A stretch of 64,000 nt of DNA, taken from the NCBI GenBank assembly GCA_963706575.1, contig CAVPNL010000009.1, forward strand, positions 64,001-128,000. Reading direction: 5' to 3'. Source of the stretch: an uncultured delta proteobacterium. Lineage in GTDB: Bacteria > Desulfobacterota > Desulfobacteria > Desulfobacterales > JAHEIW01. The notes beneath the pieces are model-generated. The model worked only from the letters and a program-made list of their open reading frames with translations. It did not search any database and was not told the DNA's origin. Each line of letters starts with the position of its first letter. Position 1 is the first letter of the stretch. Of the stretch, positions 62,800 to 64,000 are shown piece after piece. The position numbers and the translations under genes were made by a program.

Positions 62800-64000
62800 T
62801 ATCCGTCATACCCTGGCCTTCCGCCTGACCTTGTGGTACGCGGGTATCTTCATGTTGACCTCCTGTGTGGCCTTTCTCTTTTTCTATTTTTTGATTACTT
62901 CTGTTATCCGGGATCGCACCGATCAGGACCTGCTGGGGGAGGCCCGAACCCTGTCTTCGATTCTCAAGGTGCAGGGCATGAAAGCCGTCAAGCGCCAGAT
63001 CATTTTTGAGGCCCAGGCTGCCGGCGAAAAAAAGATTTTTTTCCGTTTACTTTCACTAGACGGTCAGGAATTTTCTTCTTCCAATATGTCATATTGGCGC
63101 GATATCGGCGTTGGAAAGGCGGCGATCGAGCAACTGATCGGTGAAAATCGACCGGTTTTTAATACGGTCAGCCTGCCGGACCGCAAACATAACATCCGCG
63201 TACTTTATACCATTGTCGGCCGCAACATTATTCTGCAGCTGGGCCAATCCATGGAAAATTATACCCGCTTTATAGAAGCCTTTCGCAAAATATTTGTCAC
63301 CACCATGGCTTCATTATTTGTCTTTGCCGCCATTATCGGATGGTTTATGGCCCGCAGGGCCCTGGCGGGTGTTGAAGCGGTTACGCGGACTGCGCGGCAG
63401 ATATCGGAGAGCAGCCTCAAAGAGCGGGTACCGGTAAAAAAACATCAGGACGAAATCGATCAACTGGCCATCACCTTTAACCAGATGCTGGACCGTATTC
63501 AAACCCTGGTCACCGGTATCAGGGAAATGAGCGACAATATTGCCCATGACCTTAAAAGCCCGATCACTCGAATCCGGGGGATCTCCGAAGTTTCCCTGAC
63601 CACCGGCACCTCTGAAAAAGAATATGAAAACATGGCCGCCAGCACCGTCGAAGAGTGTGACCGGCTGCTGGATATGATTAACACCATGCTGGTTATTTCC
63701 AAGACCGAAGCCGGTGTCAACAAACTGGATGCCAAAGAACTGGACATTGGCGCAGTGGTGCGTGATGCCTGTGAACTGTTCCAGTCGCCGGCAGAAGATA
63801 AAGAGATAAGACTGGTTTGTGATGTTCGCGGCAATTTCGGCATTTCCGGCGACAATCGAATGATTCAAAGAATGATCGCCAACCTGCTCGATAATGCCAT
63901 CAAATATACACCCGCCGGCGGAAGCATTGAAGTGACGATCAACACCGGAACCAATGATGCGGTTGCCATTGCGGTCAAAGATACCGGTGTCGGCATTTCT
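62777..64000 (+). CDS. HAMP sensor histidine kinase, 3'-truncated by window end (not in ORF track)
   Basis: MLLKKINSIRHTLAFRLTLWYA..., DEIDQLAITFNQML, IAHDLKSP, NLLDNAIKYT, VKDTGVGI. Confidence 0.93.
   Translation, partial: MLLKKINSIRHTLAFRLTLWYAGIFMLTSCVAFLFFYFLITSVIRDRTDQDLLGEARTLSSILKVQGMKAVKRQIIFEAQAAGEKKIFFRLLSLDGQEFSSSNMSYWRDIGVGKAAIEQLIGENRPVFNTVSLPDRKHNIRVLYTIVGRNIILQLGQSMENYTRFIEAFRKIFVTTMASLFVFAAIIGWFMARRALAGVEAVTRTARQISESSLKERVPVKKHQDEIDQLAITFNQMLDRIQTLVTGIREMSDNIAHDLKSPITRIRGISEVSLTTGTSEKEYENMAASTVEECDRLLDMINTMLVISKTEAGVNKLDAKELDIGAVVRDACELFQSPAEDKEIRLVCDVRGNFGISGDNRMIQRMIANLLDNAIKYTPAGGSIEVTINTGTNDAVAIAVKDTGVGIS

Overview
A 64-kb chromosomal segment from a sulfate-reducing deltaproteobacterium (Desulfobacterales-like; inferred from dsrA-dsrB-dsrD-dsrN plus a tetraheme cytochrome c3). 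Left end: replication/repair cluster (thyA, gyrB, dnaN, a probable oriC directly upstream of dnaN with no dnaA beside it, a split RdgC-like pair, an EndoQ-UvrD fusion). Then a run of small accessory genes, a GntR/cupin/aminotransferase operon, a glycogen cluster with several eukaryote-type enzymes, cdaA-cdaR, ilvE-ykgJ-dapA, the dsr operon, tatBC, mltA, Moco genes, agmatinase, an acyl-CoA ligase, a REC/PPDK-like protein, a radical SAM gene, prmA and a two-component system cut by the window end. No rRNA, tRNA, CRISPR array or transposase was recognised. Most notable: (1) the gene right after dsrABD-dsrN encodes a PrmA-type SAM methyltransferase whose L11-binding N-domain appears replaced by a DsrD-like winged helix, a candidate Dsr-directed protein-methylation system; (2) many intergenic gaps carry short elements with degenerate 7/8/9-nt periodic arms, often inverted, often touching stop codons, nested with REP doublets, a MITE and a ~31-nt mini-element, and one is translated in frame inside DsrN. 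All calls are by-eye motif recognition; no database search was run.
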